NCBI GenBank assembly: GCA_026770705.1
Contig: JANJGN010000301.1
Location: forward strand, 124,001 to 188,000
Direction of reading: 5' to 3'
DNA length: 64,000 bases
DNA from: Isurus oxyrinchus
Lineage: Eukaryota
Shown piece by piece: positions 49,717 to 62,651 of this stretch; within the stretch, counting starts at the first letter, position 1, and each line of letters opens with the position of its first letter. The notes beneath the pieces were generated by a model. It was not told the DNA's origin and did not search any database. It worked only from the letters and a program-made list of their open reading frames with translations. Both the position numbers and the translations under genes were made by a program.

Positions 49717-51629
49717 CCTCTTCGCATCCTCTGGAAAGGGAGTTCGATATTTAAAGTCACCCGATCTAATCCTCACCCACAATCATTTGCTCTCAGTGTC
49801 TCAGGCGCTCCCCCCTCACCTCCTTGCCTCCCCAGTGGTGCTGCGAGACCGTTCGGCCGTGAGATGGCTGCTGGTGCATGGATAGACATATTGACACCTG
49901 GAATCAGCTTGCTGTTCTGTTACAAACTTAACCTCAGTGAATCTCCATTCCAATTAGACCGATGCGTTCACTTAAGATATTCTTGGTGGCAGTATGACTG
50001 TAGCTATTAATGGTGCTCAAAGACGGAGGAATATTCAATCATACCAGGCGTCAGCGTAATTGGAATCGCTTCAATTTTCAGGTTTACCATGGGTCGATCA
50101 AACTGTCCATCAATAGAGAAACTGAGTTTGACAGGACGACAGGAAAGGCAAAAGAAAGGAGGCAGAGAGATGTAGAGCAACAGAGCGGGACAGCGGCAAA
50201 GGAGTAAAACAGTAAAGGAAAGAGTTCACAGCGCGATGGAAGTAATTTCTGTGCCAGTTCCTACACTGTCACTGCATCAAAATCCTGGAACTCCCTTCCT
50301 AACAGCATTGTGGGTGTACCCACACCACATGGACAGCAGTACTTGAAGAAGGCAACTCACCACCGCTTTCTCAAGGGCAATTAGGGACGGGCAATAAATG
50401 CTGGCCCAGCCAGCAAAGCTCACACTCCATGAATGAAGTAAAAAAGTAACAGTGATTGGTGTTCAGTTGACGTCAGTGTCAGGAACAAGTCAATCATGCC
50501 CATGGAAAATTCCTCTCTTCTCTCATGAAGCGAAGCCTGACCCTCGCTGTGTTTACTATTCTATACCTGCCCGGCACGATCAGCATATTGAAATCGCTCT
50601 CTTATGCTGCTATGAAATCTAAAGCAGTCATCATCTGCTCCATGTGTTTAATTCTGATTATAATCACTGTGCTGACCGGTGAACCTATGTTGACGTAAAC
50701 AGTTTGTGTTACATGCATTGCATTTCCTCCTGGGCGTTTGCCACCTCTTTTCTTTACCTTGTAAAATGTACAGACAAGTACAAAACCATGGCCCGGGATT
50801 CATCATATCTGGGAGCGCAGCAATGACGGAGCTGTCCAGGCTCTATCTTCACCGAAGGAAAAGTTATGACATTCTCAGTATTGAGAAGATCGCGGCATCA
50901 GCCATTGGAGTGTTTGGTGTGCAGTGAGACATGGTGAGACAAAGGCTGAGCACGCCCAAAGAATGCCCTCTGCGGGTTCCCATCAGCCAGTCCCTACACA
51001 GATACTATTGTGGAAGTTGCTTTCCAGAGGCTTCACCCATCCTAAAAGAAAATGATAACAATATTCTACTGAATGTGTTGACTCTCTTGGTAGGTAGAGT
51101 ATCTTCGAGCCCACCCACCCTGCCGGGAAAGGTGTGCATAAACCATGGTGAGTGTGTCAAACTTTATGTGGTACAAGAACAGGCTCCACACATTCTGCTA
51201 GGGAATGGCTCTTTGGGCTGCCTTAACGGTGTACTGAGGTACAGTCCCTCGGGAACTCACTAATTCTGTCAGGGCATTTTCCACTGGATTCGAACATCCA
51301 GTGTCAGGTTGGTCGCTTAAGATGGTGAATTTCTTAAAGAAGTATGCTTCCCCTCAATTGCCTCCATCCGCAGCTGGTCTTCAGACAAAGTGATAGGTTC
51401 AGACGTGAACCACTGGAGAAATGAGCAGCGGACCAACAAACCGCCTCCTTATATCCGGGGAACAATATCCACTTCCAGCCAATGAGGAGCGGGAAAAATA
51501 AACACGTGACCTAGACTTTAAATATCCATCATTGACTTTAATCAGCCAACATTTTAATCTCTTCACCTGATTCTTTTCCTTCTGTTGTGAGCTGTGTCCG
51601 GTTTTTCTATTGACATTCTCAGAGCAAAC

Positions 51630-52065
51630 ATGTGTTTTGCTGCACAGTTAAAGCTATTATCCGTCATTCTGGCGATGCAAACAGGTACGTACAGGACAAA
51701 TACCCGATAACCCAGAGTGAGTTTTTCATTATTAATTTCTCTGTTCCAGTGTTTCATACCTTAATATTTTTCCAGATCGATGTCTCTCGGACCGTGTGCT
51801 TCAATCTTCCGCTTCGGAAACAGTCGAGAGCGGGGATTCGGTGCAGATTGTCTGCAGCTACGAGGTGTCTGACTCTTACGCGATGCATTGGTACAGACGG
51901 AAATCCGATCAGGGACTGGAGTGGATTTTCTGGCGAGTATCGGATACCAAATACAGAAACGGTCGATTGGAACTGAATCTTTCCAAGTCGGAGAAACGCG
52001 GCCAATTGCTGATTGCAGACACTGAGGACGCCGATGCCGCGGTTTATTACTGTGCGGCTGAGCTC
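51630..52065 (+). CDS. TRAV/DV: Functional-looking TCR alpha/delta V gene (family B): leader 51630-51684, exon 51776-52065
   Basis: Leader MCFAAQLKLLSVILAMQT|gtacgt. Exon DRVLQSS...IVC...MHWYRRKSDQGLEWI...YYCAAE. Promoter has ETS, CCAAT and E-box (CACGTGAC at 51503). Confidence 0.92.
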
Positions 52066-52104
52066 CACACTGAGACAAAACGCGGCAGTCGCTGTACAAA
52101 AACC
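52066..52104 (+). other. 23-RSS
   Basis: CACACTG, 23 nt, ACAAAAACC. Confidence 0.95.
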
Positions 52105-52407
52105 TCGCTCCTGGTTACAGTTCCGGAAGAGCGGCAGCAAACTCTCTGATAACATAAGGCGGGCCAGGCGGCTCAGAGCATGAGCGTCTAACGGGAGAGA
52201 CGGGCAGGGCTGCCGCGGGATGTCTAGTAAATCCCATTAGAGAGGGGCTTTGATCAGAGATACTGACGGTCACAGCAGATAGTGTCGGACTGAGGAGACA
52301 GTTGGTCAGTGCGGTCTTTGCTTCACTGTCTGATTGGGTCCCAGGGAACCGAGAGAGATCTTGAGTCTTTATCTTATGCTGTTGTGTGATTATTCTTAAA
52401 GAAAATT

Positions 52408-53105
52408 AGAACCATAGAACCATGGAAAACTTACAGCAAAGAAGGAGGCCATTCGGCCCATCTTGTCCATGCCTGCCCGAAGACACCAAGGTGCCCGTTC
52501 TCATCCCACATTCCTGCACCCGGCCCATAGCCCTGCAGCTTACAGCACTTTAGGTGCCGATCCAGGTACTTTATAAAAGGGTTTAAAGTTTCTGTCTGTA
52601 CCACCAAATTGGGCTGCGAATTCCAGACACCCACTACGCTCTGCGTAAACAGTTCCACTTCATGTCCCCCCTACACCTTCTGCCACTTATCTTGAATCTA
52701 TGTTCCCAGGTTCTGGAATTCCCCATCAAGGAAAAAACTTTATCCTGTCCACTTTATCTATTCCTCTCATAATTTTGTACACCTCAATCAAGTCACCTCT
52801 CAGCCTTCTTTGATCTAAGGAAAATAACCCCAACCTATCCAATCTCTCCTCGCAGCTACCCTTTTCTAACTCTGGCAACATTCCTGTGAACCTCCTCTGC
52901 ACTCTCTCCAAAGCTCTTACGCCCTTCTTGTAATGTGGTGCCCAGCACTGCAAACAATACTCCAGTTGTGGCCACACCAGGGATTTATGCAATTCAAACA
53001 ACATATCCTTACTTTTATATTCTATACCTCTGCCAATGGAGGAAAGCGCTCTATATGTCTTCATTACAATCCTGTCCACTTGAACTGCTGCCTTCAGTAC
53101 GCCAA
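52408..53105 (-). mobile_element. CR1 3' fragment
   Basis: RDLGV...LERVQRRFT...RLRGDLIEVYKIM. Confidence 0.88.
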
Positions 53106-53885
53106 GATCTCTCACTTCATTAATATCGTTAAACTGTAAAATCCGTGCTTACACTGAAGTGCCCACAATGTGAGCAAATTTACTCCCGTCCCAAATTGTA
53201 ACGAAATAGTTATCTAAAAGAACACACCTGTGGTTGTCCTGCAGGTGACATTTCCCACTCCTCTCTTTTGGAAAGCTGCAGAAAGGCAACCAAATTCTAC
53301 GCACAAACAGAAAATGCTGGAAATAGAACCAGAAATAGCGTGAAGATTCCAGTTTGTGACATTTCACCAGAAATCTGCAACTTCTCAAACTGAGCTCAGA
53401 TGAAATGTCACGTACATGAAACCATATTTGTGATTCGCACTGCACCGACGCTTCCTGACCTGCCATGTATGGCCATAATTATCTGTCATTGTACCTCAAA
53501 ATTCTTTGGATGGGAGTATAAAAGTTGATAGTTAGACTGGCTGCTGGTTACAGAGAAATATGAAGAGTGAGTGAATGACTATTCTCATCTCTAAGTAGCC
53601 GTGGGTCTAGTGTCACCTGCAGAATATCCATTTATGAACCAGGTGGGTTTTCATAACAATTGACAATGGTTTCCTCCTGCAGATAATTCAAGCAAGTTAT
53701 TGCATACAAATTACATTAATGGCCATGGTGGGATTCGAACCCTGGACATTATACCAGGTTGTTAAATCGCCAGTGTAGTTACAACACCACTATGCCAGCA
53801 CCTCAGTCTTCACCAATAAGGGTTCAGAAATGCGAAGTCGTGTATGTGACTCTGGCAGTGTCTAGCAGAGAGTAGATTACTCAAG

Positions 53886-54112
53886 GTGTGTGTGTGTGTG
53901 TGTTTGCGTGCGTCTGCATGTGTGCGTGTGTCTGTATGTGTGTGTGCGATTATGACAGTGCCCAGCAGAGNNNNNNNNNNNNNNNNNNNNNNNNNNNNNN
54001 NNNNNNNNNNNNNNNNNNNNNNNNNNNNNNNNNNNNNNNNNNNNNNNNNNNNNNNNNNNNNNNNNNNNNNNNNNNNNNNNNNNNNNNNNNNNNNNNNNNN
54101 NNNNNNNNNNNN
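53886..54112. other. (GT)n microsatellite followed by assembly gap (N run 53971-54112)
   Basis: Direct reading. Confidence 0.98.
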
Positions 54113-54643
54113 GCATCGAGAGAGGGTGCCCCGGAAAATTGAGTTAAAACATATTAGAAAAACGTAATATATTCCACCATTTCAAAACAATAAACAGTAA
54201 TTCATTTCCCCCATTCTTCTTGGCAAGGAAAATAACATTTTTTCTTCGAAATATGTTCCTCTTTATCACTTTCTTGCAAAGACAGTTGAACACCCCATAT
54301 ACTTTGCAGCCTAATTATCGCTTACTCTGCAATATAACTCTGCGTCATCGGAAAGCCTGGAACATTTTTCTGTTCCAATAACATCTCGATAACGTCCAGG
54401 TGGACAGCAGCTGCTCAGGAAAACCCGGATCTATTCCCTGTGTAAGGATAGTGCGTGCAGCTCAGGTCAGGGCAATTGCAGTTACTCTGCTCTCTCTTAA
54501 AACCTGCCGGTCTCGCCACACAAGAGGGGACACAGGAAGTGAGGTGTAAACATCCTGAGACACGACAACCGATTGTTGAGGGCGTGGATTATAAAGGGCG
54601 TCTTCAAATATCGAGCAGCTCTTAGACAGGGTGCTCAGCGACA

Positions 54644-55140
54644 ATGCGGCTACTCAGCATCTGGGTTGTATGGGCAGCAATTCTGACAGGTAATCGTGAA
54701 GGGAATACATTTCATCTTTCATCTCATTTCACAGGCATGGCTTCAATCAAATTTCAATCATTTGTCGTTCTTAATTTTTCTGTTTTTTTTTTCCAGACAG
54801 GACTCATGGAGGTTCCGTCACTCAGCCAATCTCATCGAATGTTAAGACAGAAGGATGAGAGGTGTCCTTAAACTAACTATGATACTGCAAGGAGTGGCTA
54901 TACATTATACTGTTATCGACAACACCCAGACACAGAGCCCCAATTTGTAATTTGAAAGACTGCCGGTAACTATGAGGAAAAGGCAGAATTTGCGAGAACT
55001 CGTTTCTCTGTAGAGCTCCAGGTCTCCACTAAATTCACCAGTTTTACCATCTCGGGTCTGCAGCTGACTGACGCTGCCGTTTATTACTGCGCTTTGAGAC
55101 TCACAGTGATGAAAATCAGTCTCACCCCTGTACAAAAACT
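54644..55140 (+). pseudogene. Family A V pseudogene with intact leader and consensus 23-RSS (55102-55140)
   Basis: Leader MRLLSIWVVWAAILT|gtaatc; stops in FR1; YYCALR; CACAGTG, 23 nt, ACAAAAACT. Confidence 0.9.
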
Positions 55141-57013
55141 GCATTTGCACTGTTAGATGGAGCTCCTGTCTGTTGGGGTTTGGGTAGAATCGCAGGTAGA
55201 TGAAGCTAGAATGCGAAGCGGCGCTCTTAGCCGCTCAGATACACACAGCTAGAGGAAACCACATTAACCTCGGATCAAACAGCACCCAACTGTTCCTAGG
55301 AGCGGCCGGGAAAATCAAACAAACTGCAGAATCCGATCGGCCAGACAGACATGGAAAGGAACCATATCCGAAGACAACCTGACCAATCATCACTGTTTTT
55401 TCAATATCACCAGCTTTGTTGAGCGACGGGTTTGATCCCGAGATCACAGCAGACAAAAACTGGCAGGTCTATTTATCTCACACTATTGTCAATGCTGTTG
55501 CCTTTGTCCAAATTAACAGACGGGCAGCTTTTGAAATGTTTGGACTTATCATCATTCAGCCTTTTTATGCTCAATATAAACACGGCAGGTTGATGTGCCG
55601 GCAGAGGTGATTAACGCTCGCAGATTGGATCTACTATAGCTGAAAATTACCGGGAAAGAGACCCACATTGGGAATTCCAATTAGTTCTCACAGCGGTAAA
55701 GAGGAACAGCACAAGTGATTCAACCTGCAGAGTGAGAGTAATCTGGCTCTTGTTAACGGGGTAAAAGAACAAAGCACTCAAGAGAAACACACGAGGTGCA
55801 CTAGCACCAACATATTACATGACATTTTCAACTTCCATTTCAAGTATAAATCAACTTCACAAATTCATCAGTAGCGCCTTCAATCATCTCATCTCCATCG
55901 ATGCTCTTTGCATGCTTGAAGGTCTCATCTTTTCCCCAGACCCCTCACTTTATCTACAATGCTATACATTCCCTCATTTTAATGTCCTTAATTTGACGAT
56001 GCAAACCCTTAATTTCTGACCCGAATATGAGCCATGTGCCGTTCCACCAGAGCTCCCTTAAAGAGAAAGTGCAGACAAGCAATTGAACACAGAGACAATT
56101 TCTCACACCCTGCCCACCAACACCTGATCATTCCTCAGAACAGGCAGCAGAAAGCAACTGAAGTGAATGTTTGTTCTTTGGAACAGGCCCTGGACGATAA
56201 ATTTCAAAAGAATATTTATCTGCCAATTGTCTCTGAATTGAGAACTCATGCCTCAAAGATATCAGACAACAATCGTCACTCGGACGCCTTCATCATATCA
56301 AAGGCATTCCGTCCAATGTCAGGCAATGGGCAGAGCAGTGGAACTCCTGCTCTGGAAGATAGAGAAAACAGTAAAAGTTCTAAACAGCAGATATCTGATA
56401 TCATTGTGTCTACAACGGATCTCTGAGCATTTGAACTTAGTGACAATCTGCTGTCTTTTCCCCGTAAACCTGCACATTGCTTCCCTTTAAATAAACACTC
56501 AATGTCGTCTTCATTGCCCCAATCGAACCTGCCCCCACCGCACTTCCAGGCTGTGAACCCTAAACTTTAACTGCTCGCTGTGTGAAAAAAACTTTTTTTT
56601 TGCCACATCGCATCAGCCCTGTCTTTGCTGGGGATCAAAGTTGAAAGGGAAAATGATAAACTGGCACCGCCCTGCATTTGGTTTCTTTTCCTGCATCACA
56701 TTCTTGGCTAATTTGTGTAAAGGCTGTGAAGGAAGACTTTCATACCCAGCTTTCGGTCCCTTCCTGTTATCTAGAACCCGTCCTATCCCTCGCCCTAAGT
56801 GTGAGGGTATGAACCAGCTCCATAGGCAATGCTCCCAGCAGCTGTACACCGATGTATGAGGAATTACCGAAAAGCACCAATGCGTTTCTCCTTCAATTCT
56901 GTCCCGAACCATTTTCAGAAATCTAACAGCTATGGGAGCCTGGATGTACAATTCCAGCACGAGGACTGACAATTTTAACAACGGGCTGCCTTCATTCATT
57001 ACGACAATCCTTG

Positions 57014-57041
57014 CACAGAGTTTCAAATGGTTACAAAGACC
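57014..57041 (+). other. 12-spacer RSS-like signal after a V ghost
   Basis: CACAGAG, tttcaaatggtt, ACAAAGACC. Confidence 0.55.
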
Positions 57042-57374
57042 CAGGGGCCAAATTTGTCCCTTTAGAGAGTCAGAGCCACAAATTTGTTGTGTTCCACTCA
57101 CTTCTCACCACAAGGAGTGAAGGAAATTCCTGGCGCTTCGACAATTGACATGATCCGTTGTGAACCAATTGCCAAAGGAGCAGGGGATCAAAAACAACAT
57201 CCTTCCGTTAGGAGAACAAAGTCTATTTCCCACCAATCCAAGAGCAGCAAAACCACGTGACTGAAACCTTATCTCTGGCTGTTACATTAACTGACTATTG
57301 GCGTCGTTCAGACGCTCCGTGCTCTGCTGATCTGAGCTGGGCTTCCTTTTCATCCTGACAGTTTAATTGCAAGG

Positions 57375-57846
57375 ATGCATTACGCAGTGCAAATGAATCT
57401 ACTCCCTGTCATTCCAGTGCTGCAAACTTGCAAATATTAGGGGTTTATGCTGTCACCTGCAAAGTGTGTCTATTTATACTCACGTTGCTCCAATGTCTCA
57501 TTGCCTGAATGTCTTTGCAGGTCAGTGTCGCTTGGAACAAGTGTCCCAGTTTCCCACAGCGAAAACAGTCCAGAGGATTTGGTGCAGATAAAAAGCAGCT
57601 ATGACAGGTCCAGCACTGACGGAATGTACTATCACAAAGAGAAATCCTGTAATGGGGCTCGGATGGATAATAAAGCGAATATCGGCTGGCAAAGAGAGCA
57701 ATGGCCGATTCGAATTGGAACTTTCCACTGCGGACAAACGGGGCCAATTGCTTAATACGAAGACAGAGAGCGCGGATACCGCTGTGTATTACTGTGTGAT
57801 AAAGCCTCACACTGAGAGGAAAGGCGGCAGTCACTGTAAAAAAACC
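57375..57846 (+). pseudogene. Family B V pseudogene with 23-RSS (57808-57846)
   Basis: GC donor, frameshifts, ...DTAVYYCVIK; CACACTG, 23 nt, AAAAAAACC. Confidence 0.88.
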
Positions 57847-60834
57847 TCCCTCCTGTTTACAATCCCGGAACAGCAGCAGCGACTACTCCAATAACAAAGC
57901 AAGACGGTTCAGTACGAGAGCAGCAAACGGAGGCTGTTTAGGGTTCACAGCCTGCAAGTGCGGTGGGGGCAGGTTCGATTGGGGCAATGAAGACGACATT
58001 GTGTGTTTATTTAAAGGGAAGCAATGTGCAGGTTTACAGGGAAAAGACAGCGGGGCTACAGCTAGCTTTATAAAACTCTTCAGTTAGCGGCTATGATCAG
58101 AGATTGTGACAGTCACAGCATAAAGTATCCGAGAGGAGAAACAGTCACTCACTGAGTACAGCCTTCGTTGTGAGAACATCTTCAGCATTGCTTAATTGTA
58201 CTATTATAGTCAACTGCGTCGATTCTGACATTTTCCTGAATATGCGTGTATTTGATGCTGCTGTGTGACGGTTGATCGGGAATTTTAACCTAATTCTCCC
58301 ATAAAATTCACGTTTGCTCTGAAATCGAAATACTGCGTTATGGATTTCCTCTTGAACTTAATTCTTACAAGATAGTCAGTTCGTGAGGCTTGGAATTTCA
58401 GAGAAATTTTCCACAGAGGCTGGAGTAATATTTTCCTCTTGTGAATCGCAACATAATGATAATTAACTTCCACCCCGTGTCAATCGCCTCGCTCTGCTAG
58501 TGACAGTGAGTGAAATGAACTGCAAATGTTCAGCTTCATTTTAAATATTTTTTTAACCCATTTGAGATAAGATATTCCCGGCATCATCTCACCGTTGGTA
58601 ATTTCACGGCCTGGTAACTAAGCTCCTCTCCCTTTTGTCTGCTAAAATTTGTAATGTCTGCCTGAAACGATCAGGAAGCGCCATTCGACTCTGCTGAGGA
58701 AAATCACATGGGGAATGAAACCATTGTTAGTAACACGGGAGAAAATGGTCGTCCGATTACAACCGCGTTTCTCCAAGATGTTATGGCTGGGCACTTAGAA
58801 AACTCATCGCAATCAGGCACAGTACACATGGTTTTGTGAAAGGGAAATGAAGTTTGACCAATTTATTGGAGTTTGAGGGGCGAGTGCCTTCCTCCTGCTC
58901 CTCAATTGTACGTTCGCATGGATATGAATTCATTCATGATGCCATATTTCAGAATTTAGGTTCAAAATGTGTCATTAACATGATATTAGAGCATTCAATT
59001 TTAATTGCTTTGGAACCTTCAGTGTAGTAAATTCACTGTTGTCGGGTGCATTTTCACGGCGAATTTCAGCTAAAATAGACAGAGTTCAAAAACACTTTTT
59101 TTTTGGAATCCGACAAACACCAGCTGAGTTCTAAACAGGTTTCATAATCTTTGGCTTTCCACAAGCCTGGAAGAACTTCGCTTGATTCCCGAGGGAGGAG
59201 TGAGGAGCAGGTGACGATGGCGACCTCTGGCGGAGATGATGAGAATTTGCACACCGTGCGGATCCTGGTGAAAACAGACAGTGTATCTATGGGGTTTCTC
59301 AGTTTCCCATTTATACGGTGCATCGTTGTGACGATGCTGATGGTGAATGTTACAGGATATAATCCCATGAAATGGCGATTAGAAATTCGGAGCTTCTGCA
59401 CGGCGATTTGAGCCTTAATGAACTGCGCAACCTACAGCGACAACCCCAGTATTTACAAAAGTACCTTAAGTGTTTCTTCAATTTAACTGATGCCGGATAA
59501 CATGATCGGTGTCTACAGGCTCCACAGGGTCAAGATATCCATTTTGTTTTCACTCCAACGTTTCCAATGATTCATTTCTCTGTGTGGATTAAATTTAAAT
59601 GGCTTTCCGTCCAGAGATGGGACCATGTTGGGTGACATGCCGATTGGCCGAGACAGCAGGTGCCATCCGATCAATTGACCGTTCCATTGTTCCATCATTC
59701 ATCCAATCAGCGCCGAGCCTGGTTGTTCTCCGGTTCATGAGAGCCGTGCAGGGAGCGGGGGGCAGAGCGAAATGCTACTGTTCACAGCTGGGAATGGGAA
59801 CAGCAGTGACGCCAATGTTGACCTTTGAAAAGGGGCAGTCTGAGGTGGGGAAAGCGAAGAGAAGCATTTAATATTATTCCAATCTCAATGCCGGAGATTC
59901 CCATTAAAAAAGCTCTACTCACAGACGATATAACACGCGGAGGGTGTCGCATAAAATTACTCCGAGATAACCGCGTTCTGAGAGATCAGGTCAAAAAATG
60001 TATTTTAAAGCCGCCCACTAGCTGGCAGTGAGAGATCACAGTTTCCCACATTCGCGACCCGCGCATCCACCTCCATAGACTGAAACTTGCTCAGTATCAA
60101 TTATGGCGAAATTGTTTTGAACTCACCACTACGCCCTTACGTTCCTAAATTTGCATAATGTCACATGTGAGCTCTGTGTAAGTAAGCTGTGCAGAGTTTT
60201 TCTAAGACCCAAAGCTGACTTCAACCCTTGTTTTCAACACAACCCATTGATGCAGTTGAATAATATAATAATTCTTAAATTCCTGTCGCTGTCCTGCTTG
60301 CTCCGTCAGGCAGTCAATAGGAAAGTAAAATGACATTTGCAAACATGCCGACTTATACTGTATTCAAAAGATGCATTATTACTGAATTCAGTTCCTTACA
60401 GACTGAGCGTTCATATGCTCACTCTTCCCGCGGTATCCCCGTTGCTTCTCTCCTTCGGGCCAGCATCACTTCCCATTTATTATTTTAGAAATTTCCGCAC
60501 GCCTTCCTTCTTTGGTTCTGTTTTGAGGAGCAGCGTAGTATGGCGGTGATCTGTATTCTTGCTTCCCACAGAGCATTCCCTGTGCCGCTGTCTCTGACTG
60601 CATCATAAGGAACCGTATGGCATCTCTTCTCATCAATATATCATCTCCCAGTAATAAACACTCACTCCCTTCCCAGCAAAAGTGCATTTCCCTCTGCCCA
60701 AATGTCATTACAGGTAAAACGATGATGATGTTGATTCAGGCTATGAGATGATAGTCACGGTATTAATGGTGAGCGATCCCGATACATTCACAGAATCCCA
60801 GTACCGTTGCAACACAGAATGAAGCCATTGGCCC

Positions 60835-61318
60835 CTGCATTTTGTTAACAGAAACATGGAAAGACAATATAAAATAAAGGATACCATTTTAAAGGGCGTG
60901 CAGGAGCAGAGGGACCTGGCTGTAAATGCGCATAGATTATTGAAGGTGGAAGGACAGGTAGAGAGAGCAGTTAACAAAGCAGACAGTATCCTGGACTTTA
61001 TTAATAAGAGCAAGGAGGATTGATGAGCTTATATAAGACATCAGCTGGAGTATTGGGTACAGTTCTGGACACCGCATTATGTGAAGAATGTGATCGCTTT
61101 GGAGACAGTGCAGAACAGGTGTACAAGGATGGTTCCAGTGATGAGCCATAAAGACAGATTGAAGAGATTGGGACAGTTCTCCTTGGAGAGGAGAAGGCTA
61201 AGAGGAGTTTTAACAGAGGTGTTCAAAACGATGAGGGGGCTGGACAGAGTAGATAGAGAGAAACTGTCCCCAATCGTAAAATGGTCAAAGACGAGAGGGC
61301 ACAGATTTAAAGGGTGAG
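60835..61318 (+). mobile_element. CR1 fragment (duplicate of 48895-49270 insertion)
   Basis: ALETVQNRCTRMVP...RRLRGVLTEVFK. Confidence 0.85.
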
Positions 61319-61319
61319 A

Positions 61320-61776
61320 GCTGGAAGACAAGGCAGTGTTAGTCAGCGACAGACTGGCGATGGTTAGGATGGTGGATTCAGCTGCTGCCTGAATCTCGGC
61401 AGAGAAATGCATTAACAGAATCTGTTTGGCAATCGTCACCCTAAGAAACCCTCCACTGGATGAAGTCTGACTGCGTGTCTGGCTCATTCCACTACCGGAA
61501 TAATGTCCAGACTGTCCATGCAGCATCCTGGTACAGTTTAAAGTTACCCCTTCTCCTCCTGTCTAGACACGAACGGGCAGCGGCTGTAGAAGTTGTTAAG
61601 AAGCGGTTGTAGGCAGCGGCTATTCGGCCCATCGTGTCCGCACTGGCTCACACAATGAGCATTATGACTCAGTGCTATTATCCACGTTGCGACTGTCCCT
61701 GTAATTAGAATGTGTTGAGTCAGTAATTACTTGTCAGAAATGTTGCCCACACAACTCAGATGCTGAGTAACCACAT
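61320..61776 (-). pseudogene. Family A V pseudogene lacking RSS (duplicate of 49270-49716)
   Basis: Colinear homology; stop in leader. Confidence 0.8.
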
Positions 61777-62651
61777 CCTCTCCGTTCGCTCTGTAAAAGG
61801 AAGGTCACCCGGTCTAATACTCAACCATCTGCTCTCAGTGTGTCAGGCGCTCCCCCGTCACCTCCTTTCCTCCCCAATGGTGCTGTGAGACCCAAAGAAT
61901 CTGAGGTGGTTGCTGACGCAAGTAAAAACATATTGACACCTGGAATCAGCGCAATGTGTCTTAACCTCAGTGTATCAGTATTCCAGTTAGAAGGAAGCGT
62001 TCACTTATGATATTCTTGGTGGTGTTATGACTGTAACTACTAATGGTGTTCATAGACGGAGAAATTTCTTTCATATCAGATGAGAGACTAAGTGGAATCT
62101 CTTCAATTTTCAGGTTTATCATGGGTCGATCAATCTGTTCATCAATGGAGAAACTGAGTTTGACATGAAGACAAGCATAACAAAAAAAAAAGGAGGCAGG
62201 GTGATATAGAACAAGCGAGCGGGACAGGGGCAGAGGGGGAAAACAGTGCAGGAAAGAGTTCGCAGGGCAACGCAAGTAATTTCTGTGCCAGTTCCTACAC
62301 TATCACTGCTTCAAAACCCTGGCACTACCTTCCTAAAAGCACTGTGGGTGTACGCACACTACATGGACGGCAGCGGTTCAAGAAAGCAGCTCCCAACAAC
62401 CTTCTCAAGGGCAATTATGGATAGGCAATAAATGCTGGCCCAGCCAGCAAAGCTCAAATCCCATGAATTAAGTAAAAAGTAACATGATTTGTGTTCATCT
62501 GAAGTTAGACTCAGGAAAAAGCCAATCATGTCCATGGAAAACGCCTCCCTACCTCTCATGAAGCGAAGCCTGCCTCGGAGCCGTGTTTACTTGCAGGGTC
62601 AGCATGTTGAAATCCTTCTCTTATTCTGTTTGGAAGTTTAAAGCCGTCATC

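Noticed and set aside
55147-55165. CTCF-like CACTGTTAGATGGAGCTC just after family A nonamers (also about 31295, 38790)
   Set aside because: Core mismatches are too many to call by eye; needs PWM scoring
59066-59401. Ig constant-domain-like reading (GLYP...VTCS...W...C)
   Set aside because: Cys/Trp spacing does not fit C1; a frameshifted V relic explains it better
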